Shown: positions 16,824 through 25,010 of the stretch, piece after piece
Position numbering within the stretch: the stretch's first letter is position 1
Layout of the letters: every line of letters begins with the position of its first letter
Source of the DNA: Ignavibacteriales bacterium
GTDB taxonomy: Bacteria > Bacteroidota > Ignavibacteria > UBA10030 > UBA8401
NCBI GenBank assembly: GCA_026390635.1
Contig: JAPLFO010000148.1
Coordinates: forward strand, 60,080 to 124,079
DNA: 64,000 nt
Direction of reading: 5' to 3'
Notes under the pieces: generated by a model
Database searches by the model: none
What the model was told of the DNA's origin: nothing
What the model saw: only the letters and a program-made list of their open reading frames with translations
Program-made: the position numbers and the translations under genes

Positions 16824-19115
16824 CTATTTCACAACAAGCATTTTCTTCGCTGCTGAATACGCTCCGGCAGTCATACGGTAGAAATAGACGCCGCTTCCCA
16901 AGCGTCCGGCATCGAATCGTTCTTCATAATGTCCCGGAGACTTTTTTCCATCTGCAACGGTTGCAACGTGCCTGCCAAGACAATCATAGACGACAAGAGA
17001 AACATACGCTACTGTTGGAACGTCGTAAGTAATTGTCGTTGCCGGATTAAAGGGATTGGGATAGTTCTGATTCAGGCGAAACTCTTCTGGATAGCCGGGT
17101 GATGACACTCTCACTGCGGTAAATGCTGCAATTGCATTTTGCATGACGCTCCCAGCATCATAGATGTGCGCATAGTTCGGATCCTTGTCTGGTGACGCGT
17201 ATGTCACGTTCGACGTATCGCTTCTGAAATTGCAGGAAAGATAGTCAAACGCGAGAAATATCGTATGCCAGGAATTGTCCGGAGCGTCTTTGCGAACACC
17301 CACTGTGCGCGTGCCGTCTGTGAAAAGTATTTTTGCGTCAGCCGTGGGCTTCAATTCATCCATCCAGTTCAATGCCGGAGGAATTTCATAATTGGGATGG
17401 TACCAGAACGACCCTCCATTTTTGTTTGCATATTGCCGAATGAAACCAAATAACTGGTCCGTCGAATCCTGCGGGGTGATCTTCCACGGCCACGTTACGT
17501 TGATACCCGTGAAGGCATAGTCTTGCGGTCCAATTAATTGTAGTCCGAAATATTTATTATGCGGATCATCGGCTCCAAAACCCTCGCCGTAGCCGCCAAT
17601 GAATCCGTGATCCTGGTCGGCGAGAAGATAGGTTTTTTGTCTCTGGGCAGTCCCGGACGAAAGCCATGCTGCGGCCTTTCCGGTCAGGTCTGCATATCCG
17701 CCGTCCCCTGTCGCTTCAAACACGATATCATAATTGTTGAGAAGATCGGAAACTTCCGCCGCTCCTTCTTTTTTTACGTCCCAAACGTCATAATATTGTT
17801 TCGCATCGATGCCGGCTCTTTTCATATACTTGGCGGCCAGAGAACTGACGGATGCGCCCGTCGGAAGAGAGCGACCGTTCCACAGACAAAGATACTTCGA
17901 ACCCGGCCGGAATATTTGATAGGAATACGTCGGAGCCGTTTGTGTGAGATTATGCATATCGGTCGCTACAACGAAATAGTATACCGTATCACCCGGATTT
18001 GCTGCCGGCAATGTGCCGGCATAGTTCGGCGGTGTCCCCGACATTGCAGACTTGACATACGCGCCGCCATTTATCTTTGCATACAGCTCAACAGATTTGA
18101 GCCCGCCGGGACCATCTGATCGGATAGTCGCGGTGACTGTCCGCGGCGACGTCTTCAATGTCGTTGAGAGCCGCTGCAGCGAAATCTTTGGAGGCGGCGT
18201 CTCCCAGTATTCAACGATAGCGTACCACTTCCATTCATGGGCGCGGATTTGCCAGCCGTAGTTGCTGGTTGGCGTTCCTTCATAGAATTTGATGGAATGG
18301 TACGGATAGCCGAGCGAGGAAAACGCAGCAAGTGTCAATGGTGTGTCGAGGGGAGCGGCCGGGCTGCTTGAGACTTCCGACATATTTTGTACTGTAAATC
18401 CAAATGGAATTTGTTTTCGGAAAGGCATCGAATCGGGAACAGCTTTGTGCCATTGCCCTGCAACAAGATCGACATCAATCCCGTGGTTGCCGGAAATCAG
18501 GAATTCTTTTCCCAGAGGATCGAATGTCACTTCTGAAGCGGCCTTCCCTTTTACAAATGCCGTGTCGGTTGCTTCGTCCCAAAATGGAGTCTTGAGGCCG
18601 TCACCGTCGGTCGAGCATTTGTAGAAGCCCATGTTGCCGTTCGTATCTGTCCCGGAAGTTGAAAACGCCGTTGCGGGAAGGGAGACAATGCGCGGGTCCA
18701 TGTTCCATGCCCGAACCCGCGCGCGATGATTCAGTCCGACCGTATAGCCGGCCGCCGTTTGAAACCAGATCTCCCGCACAATGCCATCAGATTCGGGCAG
18801 ATACCACTGCAGCGCGACATCCTTGTGCGTGAATGAGAATGCCGTATTTGTGGCCGCACCCGATTTATCATACACGAAGAGAGTATCAATTGGCCAGGAA
18901 TGCGGTGACAGATTGAAGAGCCCGCTTTCCCGCCCGATGATCACATCGGCCGGTGATTCCATCCCACGGAGAGGAAAGACTTCCTGATTGCCGTGCGAAT
19001 CAATGCGCACAACGGAGCGACCGGAATTCTGCGCTAGCGCAAAAGATGCCAACGACAGGAAAAAGACACATGCCGCAGTCATAATGGAATGTTTTGATCG
19101 AAAGATCGGTTTCAT
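16824..19115 (-). CDS. Large secreted protein of unknown function with a C-terminal T9SS sorting domain
   Basis: The C-terminus NYPNPFNPATTITYDVP...VYDCLGRHV...GVYFYRMTAG...KMLVVK is near-identical in type to the neighbouring T9SS domains. The start is trimmed to MKPIFRSKHSIMTAACVFFLSLASFALA, a signal peptide whose ATG is at 19115. Confidence 0.6.
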   Translation of the reverse strand: MKPIFRSKHSIMTAACVFFLSLASFALAQNSGRSVVRIDSHGNQEVFPLRGMESPADVIIGRESGLFNLSPHSWPIDTLFVYDKSGAATNTAFSFTHKDVALQWYLPESDGIVREIWFQTAAGYTVGLNHRARVRAWNMDPRIVSLPATAFSTSGTDTNGNMGFYKCSTDGDGLKTPFWDEATDTAFVKGKAASEVTFDPLGKEFLISGNHGIDVDLVAGQWHKAVPDSMPFRKQIPFGFTVQNMSEVSSSPAAPLDTPLTLAAFSSLGYPYHSIKFYEGTPTSNYGWQIRAHEWKWYAIVEYWETPPPKISLQRLSTTLKTSPRTVTATIRSDGPGGLKSVELYAKINGGAYVKSAMSGTPPNYAGTLPAANPGDTVYYFVVATDMHNLTQTAPTYSYQIFRPGSKYLCLWNGRSLPTGASVSSLAAKYMKRAGIDAKQYYDVWDVKKEGAAEVSDLLNNYDIVFEATGDGGYADLTGKAAAWLSSGTAQRQKTYLLADQDHGFIGGYGEGFGADDPHNKYFGLQLIGPQDYAFTGINVTWPWKITPQDSTDQLFGFIRQYANKNGGSFWYHPNYEIPPALNWMDELKPTADAKILFTDGTRTVGVRKDAPDNSWHTIFLAFDYLSCNFRSDTSNVTYASPDKDPNYAHIYDAGSVMQNAIAAFTAVRVSSPGYPEEFRLNQNYPNPFNPATTITYDVPTVAYVSLVVYDCLGRHVATVADGKKSPGHYEERFDAGRLGSGVYFYRMTAGAYSAAKKMLVVK

Positions 19116-19350
19116 CGTACACATTGTACTCATCGTTGAGACCAGACAGACATTTCCGGGTATTGCCCGGCTGGAAGCGGCAGTCGGGTCAGCCCTGTGC
19201 CGTCCTTCCAATGCATATGACTACGGTAGCGTATTCATTGGTAAGAATCAACCGGTAACTGCTGTCAATCACAAAAGGGAGAGGTGACGACACCTCGGCC
19301 GACATGGCGAGCAACGCCGAGCCACGCTCGGTGACCGTCGAGCAAATACA

Positions 19351-20064
19351 TCACTTCTCCAATTGCGCCAATCCTGCAGACGCCACGTAGACATGTGCCG
19401 CTCCGGCTTGTTTGAGGACGGCCGCGGCTTCCTGCAACGTGGAACCGGTGGTGATGATATCATCTACCAGCAGGAATGTGCGGTCTCGAATTGCAGACGC
19501 ATCCCCCGATATCGTAAACGCTGCTTCAATATTATGTTTTCGCTGATCTGCCGTCAGATGTGTTTGCGTCACGGTGTTCTTCACTCTTCGGAGAAGAGAT
19601 GGCATGATCGCGGTGTGGAGCAATTCGTGAATCCCGCGACATATATGTTCACTTTGATTATAGCCCCGTTCGCGCAGCCGCACAGTGTGCAGGGGCACGG
19701 GAACGATTCCATCAATAGTGAGATCATGCGGAAGAACAGCAGCGAGCCTTCGTCCGAATTCCACACCGCACCAGGTAACACCTTCGTATTTAAGCGCATG
19801 GGCAAGCTTCTGAAAAACACCGCCGTGCTCAAAATAGCAGTAGGACCAGAAGCCGTCAATGGCGCCGCCAAGGGCAAAGCGCCCGGAGAGTATTTTGTGC
19901 GTATCATCATTTTCAGAAACGAGGGAAAGCGAACCCCAGCAGAGAGGACAAACGCGCACCTCACCGTCGCGGAGACGCTCATTGCAGGAAAAACAAAGAG
20001 GCGGAAATAGAAAATCCCGCAGCGGCTGCAGCCGCCGCCCCACCCAGGAAACGACATCCCCCAT
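19351..20064 (-). CDS. comFC: ComF family protein (ComFC-type phosphoribosyltransferase with an N-terminal zinc ribbon)
   Basis: LCFSCNERL...CPLCWGSL is the double CxxC; the PRTase motif is FLLVDDIITTGSTLQEAAAVL. The start is set at MGDVV so that it overlaps the stop of the upstream ATPase by 3 nt. Confidence 0.7.
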   Translation of the reverse strand: MGDVVSWVGRRLQPLRDFLFPPLCFSCNERLRDGEVRVCPLCWGSLSLVSENDDTHKILSGRFALGGAIDGFWSYCYFEHGGVFQKLAHALKYEGVTWCGVEFGRRLAAVLPHDLTIDGIVPVPLHTVRLRERGYNQSEHICRGIHELLHTAIMPSLLRRVKNTVTQTHLTADQRKHNIEAAFTISGDASAIRDRTFLLVDDIITTGSTLQEAAAVLKQAGAAHVYVASAGLAQLEK

Positions 20065-20065
20065 A

Positions 20066-21757
20066 TCACCCCAAGACGCGGAAGTATTCCTCAACAGAAA
20101 TGATGCCGCTGACGAGTTTTTTCGCGGCATCGAAACGAATCGATTCGAATCCTTTGGAGCGCGCAACTTCCTTCAATTTCATCAGAGACGCCTGCTGGAA
20201 AATCAAATCGCGCATTTCATCGTCGACGATCAGGACCTCATGCAGCGCTGTACGTCCCAGATAGCCGTCGCCGCCGCACTTGGTACATCCTTTGCCGCGA
20301 TACAGAATCATAGAACCGACAAGTTGTTCCAATCCCGCCGTTGCCAGAATTCGATGGGATGGCGTGTATTCTTCTTTGCAGTAGCGGCACACTTTGCGTG
20401 CGAGTTGCTGATAGACGATGCCGCTCAATGTCGGTGCCAGCCAGCCAGGCGAAATTCCCAGGCTTGTCAATCGGGGAATAGACGACAGCGCATCGCTCGA
20501 GAGCATCGTGCTAATGACCAGATTGCCGGTCAATGCCGCCTCGGCAGCAGCGACACCGGTTTCCGCATCGCGTATTTCGCCGAGCATAATAACATCCGGA
20601 TTTTGCCGCATAATGGCGCGAATTGCGTTGGCAAAATCGAGTTTCGAATCCACGTCCACCTGTACCTGACCGGCAAATTCGAGCCGGTATTCCACCGGAT
20701 TTTCCACGGTCATCACAACTTTTTGTGATGCGCGGAGTTCGTTGATGCCGGCATAGAGGGTGGATGTTTTCCCGCTGCCGGAGGGTCCCGCGACGAGCAA
20801 CAATCCGCGCGGCCGACGGAGAAGGTACTGCACCTTCGACAGATTTTCCGCCGATAGTCCAAGATCGTGAATGTTCAACAGGCGCGAGCTTTTGTTCAGA
20901 ATTCTGATCGCAGCACGCTCACCGTCGAGCGTCGGCACCAGGCTGACCCGAAAATCAAATGTGCGTTTCGCAAACGTTGCAGAGAATCGACCATCCTGCG
21001 GTTTCTTCTTTTCAAATGAATTGATACCCGCGCGCGCCTTGATGATGTTCAGCAGATTCTCATACAATTCTTTCGGCAACGCCACCAGATGCTCGATGAC
21101 ACCGTCGTTGTTCAGGCGCACACGCAGCGAGACGTCGGTGGGTTCGATGTGAATATCCGTCGCGTTGTTCTTGATACCGCGCAGCAGGATTTCTTCAAAA
21201 AGCGCTTCTGCACCGGGAACCTTGCCTGCCCGCTGCAGTTCCGCAAAACGACCCGGTCCCGCTTTCTGACTATCGAGCGCTTCGAAATTGATTTTCGACG
21301 GAAGAAGCTTAATCTCGTCGAAACCGGACGGCTCGCTGTGGGCGATCGAATTATAGGCGGACAATGTGATCGCGACCGGCACAATGAACATTTTCACGTC
21401 CTGACGCAACATGTCAACGAGTTGCTTTGCGGGCGGATTGATGAAGCCGACCGTGAGTTCGACGCCCGAGGAAAGGATCGGAACGATCCGGTATTTCTGC
21501 AGCACAACATCCGGAAACAGCTTCGGCGGGGCCGTGATAAGTTCCGGGGACAGCACTACAAACGGAATTTGAAATTCGCGGGAGAGAACGTCGGCAACGA
21601 CGTCGTCGCTGACGTCCAGCTGTTCGACCAGGATTTCGGCTGCGCCCTCCGTCTGCGATTCTTTCAGCAGCCGGTTGAACTTTTCGTAGCGCACTTTGTC
21701 CAGGTATCCCTGGGTCAGGAGCGCTTTGCCGAGCCGTATGTCTTCTTCCTGCAGCAT
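20066..21757 (-). CDS. GspE/PilB-family secretion ATPase, paralog 1 (T2SSE_N domain, AAA+ core, tetracysteine)
   Basis: 563 aa. Walker A VAGPSGSGKTSTLYA; C-terminal CRYCKEEY...CTKCGGDGYLGR zinc motif; N-terminal GSPII_E_N-like domain. Confidence 0.85.
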   Translation of the reverse strand: MLQEEDIRLGKALLTQGYLDKVRYEKFNRLLKESQTEGAAEILVEQLDVSDDVVADVLSREFQIPFVVLSPELITAPPKLFPDVVLQKYRIVPILSSGVELTVGFINPPAKQLVDMLRQDVKMFIVPVAITLSAYNSIAHSEPSGFDEIKLLPSKINFEALDSQKAGPGRFAELQRAGKVPGAEALFEEILLRGIKNNATDIHIEPTDVSLRVRLNNDGVIEHLVALPKELYENLLNIIKARAGINSFEKKKPQDGRFSATFAKRTFDFRVSLVPTLDGERAAIRILNKSSRLLNIHDLGLSAENLSKVQYLLRRPRGLLLVAGPSGSGKTSTLYAGINELRASQKVVMTVENPVEYRLEFAGQVQVDVDSKLDFANAIRAIMRQNPDVIMLGEIRDAETGVAAAEAALTGNLVISTMLSSDALSSIPRLTSLGISPGWLAPTLSGIVYQQLARKVCRYCKEEYTPSHRILATAGLEQLVGSMILYRGKGCTKCGGDGYLGRTALHEVLIVDDEMRDLIFQQASLMKLKEVARSKGFESIRFDAAKKLVSGIISVEEYFRVLG

Positions 21758-21802
21758 AGTTTCGTTCTGTGATTGATCCGGACTGCGTTCGTTCGCCGGG
21801 AG

Positions 21803-22120
21803 CTATTGAAACAACTTGTCAACATCCAATTGCGAAATACTCACCCGCTTGCTTGCTTTAATCGTGTGGTGCTGCAGATCCAGAAGCTGCAGCAACTCCT
21901 GTTCAGAAAAGTGTGCGGCGCTTTCGACAAACTCCTCCACAGGACGGCGCTTCACCAGGGAACCGATACGCAGCAACGACTGTCCGCAACCGCCGCAATA
22001 CATGTCTGTTGTCGCGTTGATAAACGTACACGAATGCCTCACCGCGTGCAGTTTCGTGCTGCACGATGTGCATACCATCTCGCTTCGCCCATTATCCCTT
22101 TTGCAGTGGTGACAAATCAT
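21803..22120 (-). CDS. Small double-zinc-ribbon protein (105 aa), paralog 1
   Basis: MICHHCKRD...CTSC...CGGCGQ gives four CxxC pairs, with a helical C-terminal tail ...SISQLDVDKLFQ. The start overlaps the stop of the receiver gene (ATGA). The order is conserved with the paralog at 24255-24572. Confidence 0.55.
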   Translation of the reverse strand: MICHHCKRDNGRSEMVCTSCSTKLHAVRHSCTFINATTDMYCGGCGQSLLRIGSLVKRRPVEEFVESAAHFSEQELLQLLDLQHHTIKASKRVSISQLDVDKLFQ

Positions 22121-22512
22121 ACCTTATTCTCTTGAAGGTCGAGCACGCGGCGAACCACTTCCATCAATTTTTGTGACGAATACGGTTTGATCAGATAGTA
22201 ACTGGCACCGCGCAATTTTGCCTCCTGCACAACTTCCGGCGTCGAAATCGCCGAAATCATGATGACTTTTGCCGCCGGATCAAAGCTCCGGATCTGGGCC
22301 AGCACTTCCATACCGGGGAGTTTCGGGAGCATATTGTCCAGAAAAACCACCGTCGGCCTATGCTCTTTGAACATTGCCACGCCGGCTTCTCCGTCGGTGG
22401 CCTGTTGTACTCTGGTCACTCCCTCTTTTTTTAGGAGCATTGACAGCAATGCCCGGACGTGCTCGGAATCGTCAACAATCAGGGCGGAAATTTTTTCGCA
22501 GTTTGGCAGCAT
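22117..22512 (-). CDS. Single-domain response regulator (CheY-like receiver), paralog 1
   Basis: ALIVDDSEHVR...VFLDNMLPKLPGMEV...KVIMISA... The start is set at MLPNCEK (ATG 22512) because a strong gaggagagagg SD precedes it; the ORF-track start at 22539 has no SD. Confidence 0.75.
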   Translation of the reverse strand: MLPNCEKISALIVDDSEHVRALLSMLLKKEGVTRVQQATDGEAGVAMFKEHRPTVVFLDNMLPKLPGMEVLAQIRSFDPAAKVIMISAISTPEVVQEAKLRGASYYLIKPYSSQKLMEVVRRVLDLQENKV

Positions 22513-22549
22513 ACCTCTCTCCTCAAACGTCAATTTCATTCGTACGAGA

Positions 22550-24253
22550 CTATATTCCCGTGCGTGTCACGCGCTGTACTTCTTCCAGTGTTGTCAATCC
22601 GGCCAACACTTTTTTCAGGCCATCGAAGCGCAGGTCGCGGAATCCGTCCTTCTCCGCCTGTTGCAGAATCTTAATCGTCGTGGCATTCTGATAGATAAGG
22701 TCCTGAATCGCTTCGTTGACACTCAGCACTTCATGAATAGCGATTCTCCCCTTGAATCCGCGGAAGCCGCATTTAGTACAGCCGACACCCCGGAAGAAAG
22801 TCACACGTTTATGAAGGCCGATGAGTCCGTTCACATACAACATTTCTTCATTGGGCTCATATTCTTCCTTGCACTCGTCGCAAATACGACGCACAAGACG
22901 CTGACCGACGGCTCCGATCAGCCCTGGAGCGAGCCAATACGGCGGAATGCCCATGTTGATTAGTCTGGGAATGGCGCCCACCGCATCGTTGGTGTGCAGT
23001 GTGCTCAAAACGAGATGCCCCGTCAGAGCCGCTTCCGTTGCGATGGTGCCGGTTTCGCCGTCGCGAATCTCGCCGACCAGTATGATGTTCGGATCCTGCC
23101 GGAGGATGGCACGCAGCGCGCTTGCGAACGTGAGATCCTTCTCCGGATCGACCTGTACCTGGTTGACCGTATCCACCTGATACTCAACCGGATTTTCAAT
23201 CGTCACAATATTCCGTTCGACTGATTTTACTCTATTGAGCGCTGCGTAGAGTGTTGTGCTCTTGCCGCTTCCGGTCGGCCCGGTTACAACCAGCAAGCCG
23301 TTTGGCTGTTTCAAAAGATGCAGGAGTACGGCAAGATTTTGTGACGAGAATCCCATCTCTTCCAGCTTCACTGCTATCGAGCTCTTGCTGAGAATACGGA
23401 GTACCGTTTTTTCGCCGTTGACCGTCGGAATCACACTGACACGCATATCGAACGAACGCGTCTCGTATGTCAGCGTGATGCGCCCATCCTGCGGCTTCCT
23501 TTTTTCGAACATATCCATCGACGCTTTGGTCTTGATGACCGCGATCATTCCTTCCCCGAATTTCTTCGGGAAAGAGGCAATGCGCTGCAGCACGCCGTCC
23601 GTACGGAAGCGCAGCTTCACTTCGTGTTCGAATTGCTCCAGATGGATATCGCTCGCGCCGCACTTGACTGCGCGCAAGAATATCTCGTCCACCAAGCGAA
23701 CCAACGGCGGAAATTGTCCGAACTCCTCCATTCGTGCAAGTTCCACTTCTCCGGTCTTGATAACGTCGAATTTTTCCAGATCGATCGTACTGGCAATTCT
23801 TTGGATATCATCGAAACCGCCGCGCTGGATCGAAAGCGTTTCCTGAAAATCGGTGAGTGTCGAGACGACCGGTACAATCCGCGCCTTCGTCATCTTGGTC
23901 AGCTCTTCGATCATCGTCCGGTATGGCGGATCGACAATCGCCACCGTCAGTTCGTTGCCAAGGAGAAACATGGGGATGACACGGTGCTGTTTCAGAAACG
24001 CATCGGAGATAATTTCTTTCGGCGCGGAGGCAGTTTCCGAATAGAGCCGCATGAAGGGAAGATTGAATGCATCGCTGAACGCATCGGCAAGGTCAAATTC
24101 GGAGAAGAATTTGAAATCCACCAAGGCTTGTGCGAACCCGTTCGCCATGCCGTGATTGTTGACCAAGTCCTCAAATTGCCGCCATTGCGCATCGGTCAGC
24201 AGTTTTTGGGCAATGCAATATTCCCGGAAGTGAAGATCTTCTTTGGAAAACAT
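22550..24253 (-). CDS. GspE/PilB-family secretion ATPase, paralog 2
   Basis: 567 aa. Walker A VTGPTGSGKSTTLYAALN; C-terminal CDECKEEY...CTKCGFRGFKGR; N-terminal T2SSE_N-like domain. Confidence 0.85.
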   Translation of the reverse strand: MFSKEDLHFREYCIAQKLLTDAQWRQFEDLVNNHGMANGFAQALVDFKFFSEFDLADAFSDAFNLPFMRLYSETASAPKEIISDAFLKQHRVIPMFLLGNELTVAIVDPPYRTMIEELTKMTKARIVPVVSTLTDFQETLSIQRGGFDDIQRIASTIDLEKFDVIKTGEVELARMEEFGQFPPLVRLVDEIFLRAVKCGASDIHLEQFEHEVKLRFRTDGVLQRIASFPKKFGEGMIAVIKTKASMDMFEKRKPQDGRITLTYETRSFDMRVSVIPTVNGEKTVLRILSKSSIAVKLEEMGFSSQNLAVLLHLLKQPNGLLVVTGPTGSGKSTTLYAALNRVKSVERNIVTIENPVEYQVDTVNQVQVDPEKDLTFASALRAILRQDPNIILVGEIRDGETGTIATEAALTGHLVLSTLHTNDAVGAIPRLINMGIPPYWLAPGLIGAVGQRLVRRICDECKEEYEPNEEMLYVNGLIGLHKRVTFFRGVGCTKCGFRGFKGRIAIHEVLSVNEAIQDLIYQNATTIKILQQAEKDGFRDLRFDGLKKVLAGLTTLEEVQRVTRTGI

Positions 24254-24254
24254 A

Positions 24255-24572
24255 TCAACCGAATAGTTCGTCGATAGAGATCTGTGACAGATTCTTGACT
24301 TTCTTTCGTGATGTAAGACGCAGGCGTTCTTCCATCAGCTCACTCAGAATCGCTTCACTAAACTGGGTGATGTGCAGAATACGCATCTGCTCCCCACGGG
24401 CGATGATGGCAGACAACCCCGTGGGAATCGGCGTGCCGCATTTTCCGCAATAGCGATAGTGGAGCGGATTGCCGTGTTGACACACCGTACAACGCCATCC
24501 GAGTTCCGATTCACATTCCACACATCGGAATGGCGGATCAATATAAGTGTGATTGCATTGTTGGCAGGTCAT
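24255..24572 (-). CDS. Small double-zinc-ribbon protein (105 aa), paralog 2
   Basis: MTCQQCNH...CVECE...CTVCQ...CGKCG gives four CxxC pairs, with a C-terminal tail ...LSQISIDELFG. Same length and position as the 21803-22120 gene. Confidence 0.55.
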   Translation of the reverse strand: MTCQQCNHTYIDPPFRCVECESELGWRCTVCQHGNPLHYRYCGKCGTPIPTGLSAIIARGEQMRILHITQFSEAILSELMEERLRLTSRKKVKNLSQISIDELFG

Positions 24573-24574
24573 TG

Positions 24575-24934
24575 TCAGATCAGTTCATAACGATGAAGAA
24601 TTTCGCGGATCTTTTCGGCGACATAGGGTTTGAGAATATATGCGTTAGCTCCCGCAGCTTTCGCCTCAGCCACCTGATCCGAAGCGGAAATCGAGGTTAC
24701 CATCACCAAAATTGTTTTCATATCACTTTTGCGGATTTCCCGAACAGCTTCCACACCGCTCATTTTCGGCATAATATAGTCGAGAAAGACTATATCAGGA
24801 TGAAACGTTTTGAATTTTTCCACCCCGGATTCGCCATCGTCGGCCAGTTCCACCGTCATTTCCATCCGGCGTAACATTGCAGACAGAACCGAACGATTAT
24901 AAGGGGAATCATCTATTACCAGGGCTTTTTTCAA
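24575..24934 (-). CDS. Single-domain response regulator (CheY-like receiver), paralog 2
   Basis: MKKALVIDDSPYNRSVL...IVFLDYIMPKMSGVE...LVMVTS...; first gene of the operon. Confidence 0.8.
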   Translation of the reverse strand: MKKALVIDDSPYNRSVLSAMLRRMEMTVELADDGESGVEKFKTFHPDIVFLDYIMPKMSGVEAVREIRKSDMKTILVMVTSISASDQVAEAKAAGANAYILKPYVAEKIREILHRYELI

Positions 24935-25010
24935 TTTGACATCGCAATTGTTGTTATTCTTCGCCGTAGTATACTCAGAATATTCTTTGAAATCAATAAA
25001 AGCGGAACAT

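Noticed and set aside
16824-19211. ORF-track N-terminal extension MEGRHRADPTAASS... of the large T9SS protein
   Set aside because: A canonical signal peptide begins at the internal Met (MKPIFRSKHSIMTAACVFFLSLASFALA, ATG 19115), and a T9SS cargo protein needs a Sec signal.
19363-20728. Plus-strand ORFs 19363-20010 and 19859-20728 opposite ComFC and GspE-1
   Set aside because: Antisense to well-supported genes. Compositionally biased (R/Q/S-rich) products with no motifs.
21089-21772. 227-aa plus-strand ORF and 23624-24277 plus (217 aa) inside the two secretion ATPase genes
   Set aside because: Shadow ORFs on the opposite strand of genes with Walker A and tetracysteine motifs.
24935-25010. Apparent sigma70-like ttgaca / tatact pair upstream of the receiver operon
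   Set aside because: It is on the plus strand while the operon is on the minus strand. The spacing is about 28 bp, too long for a sigma70 promoter, and FCB-group promoters use a different consensus. Not supportable.
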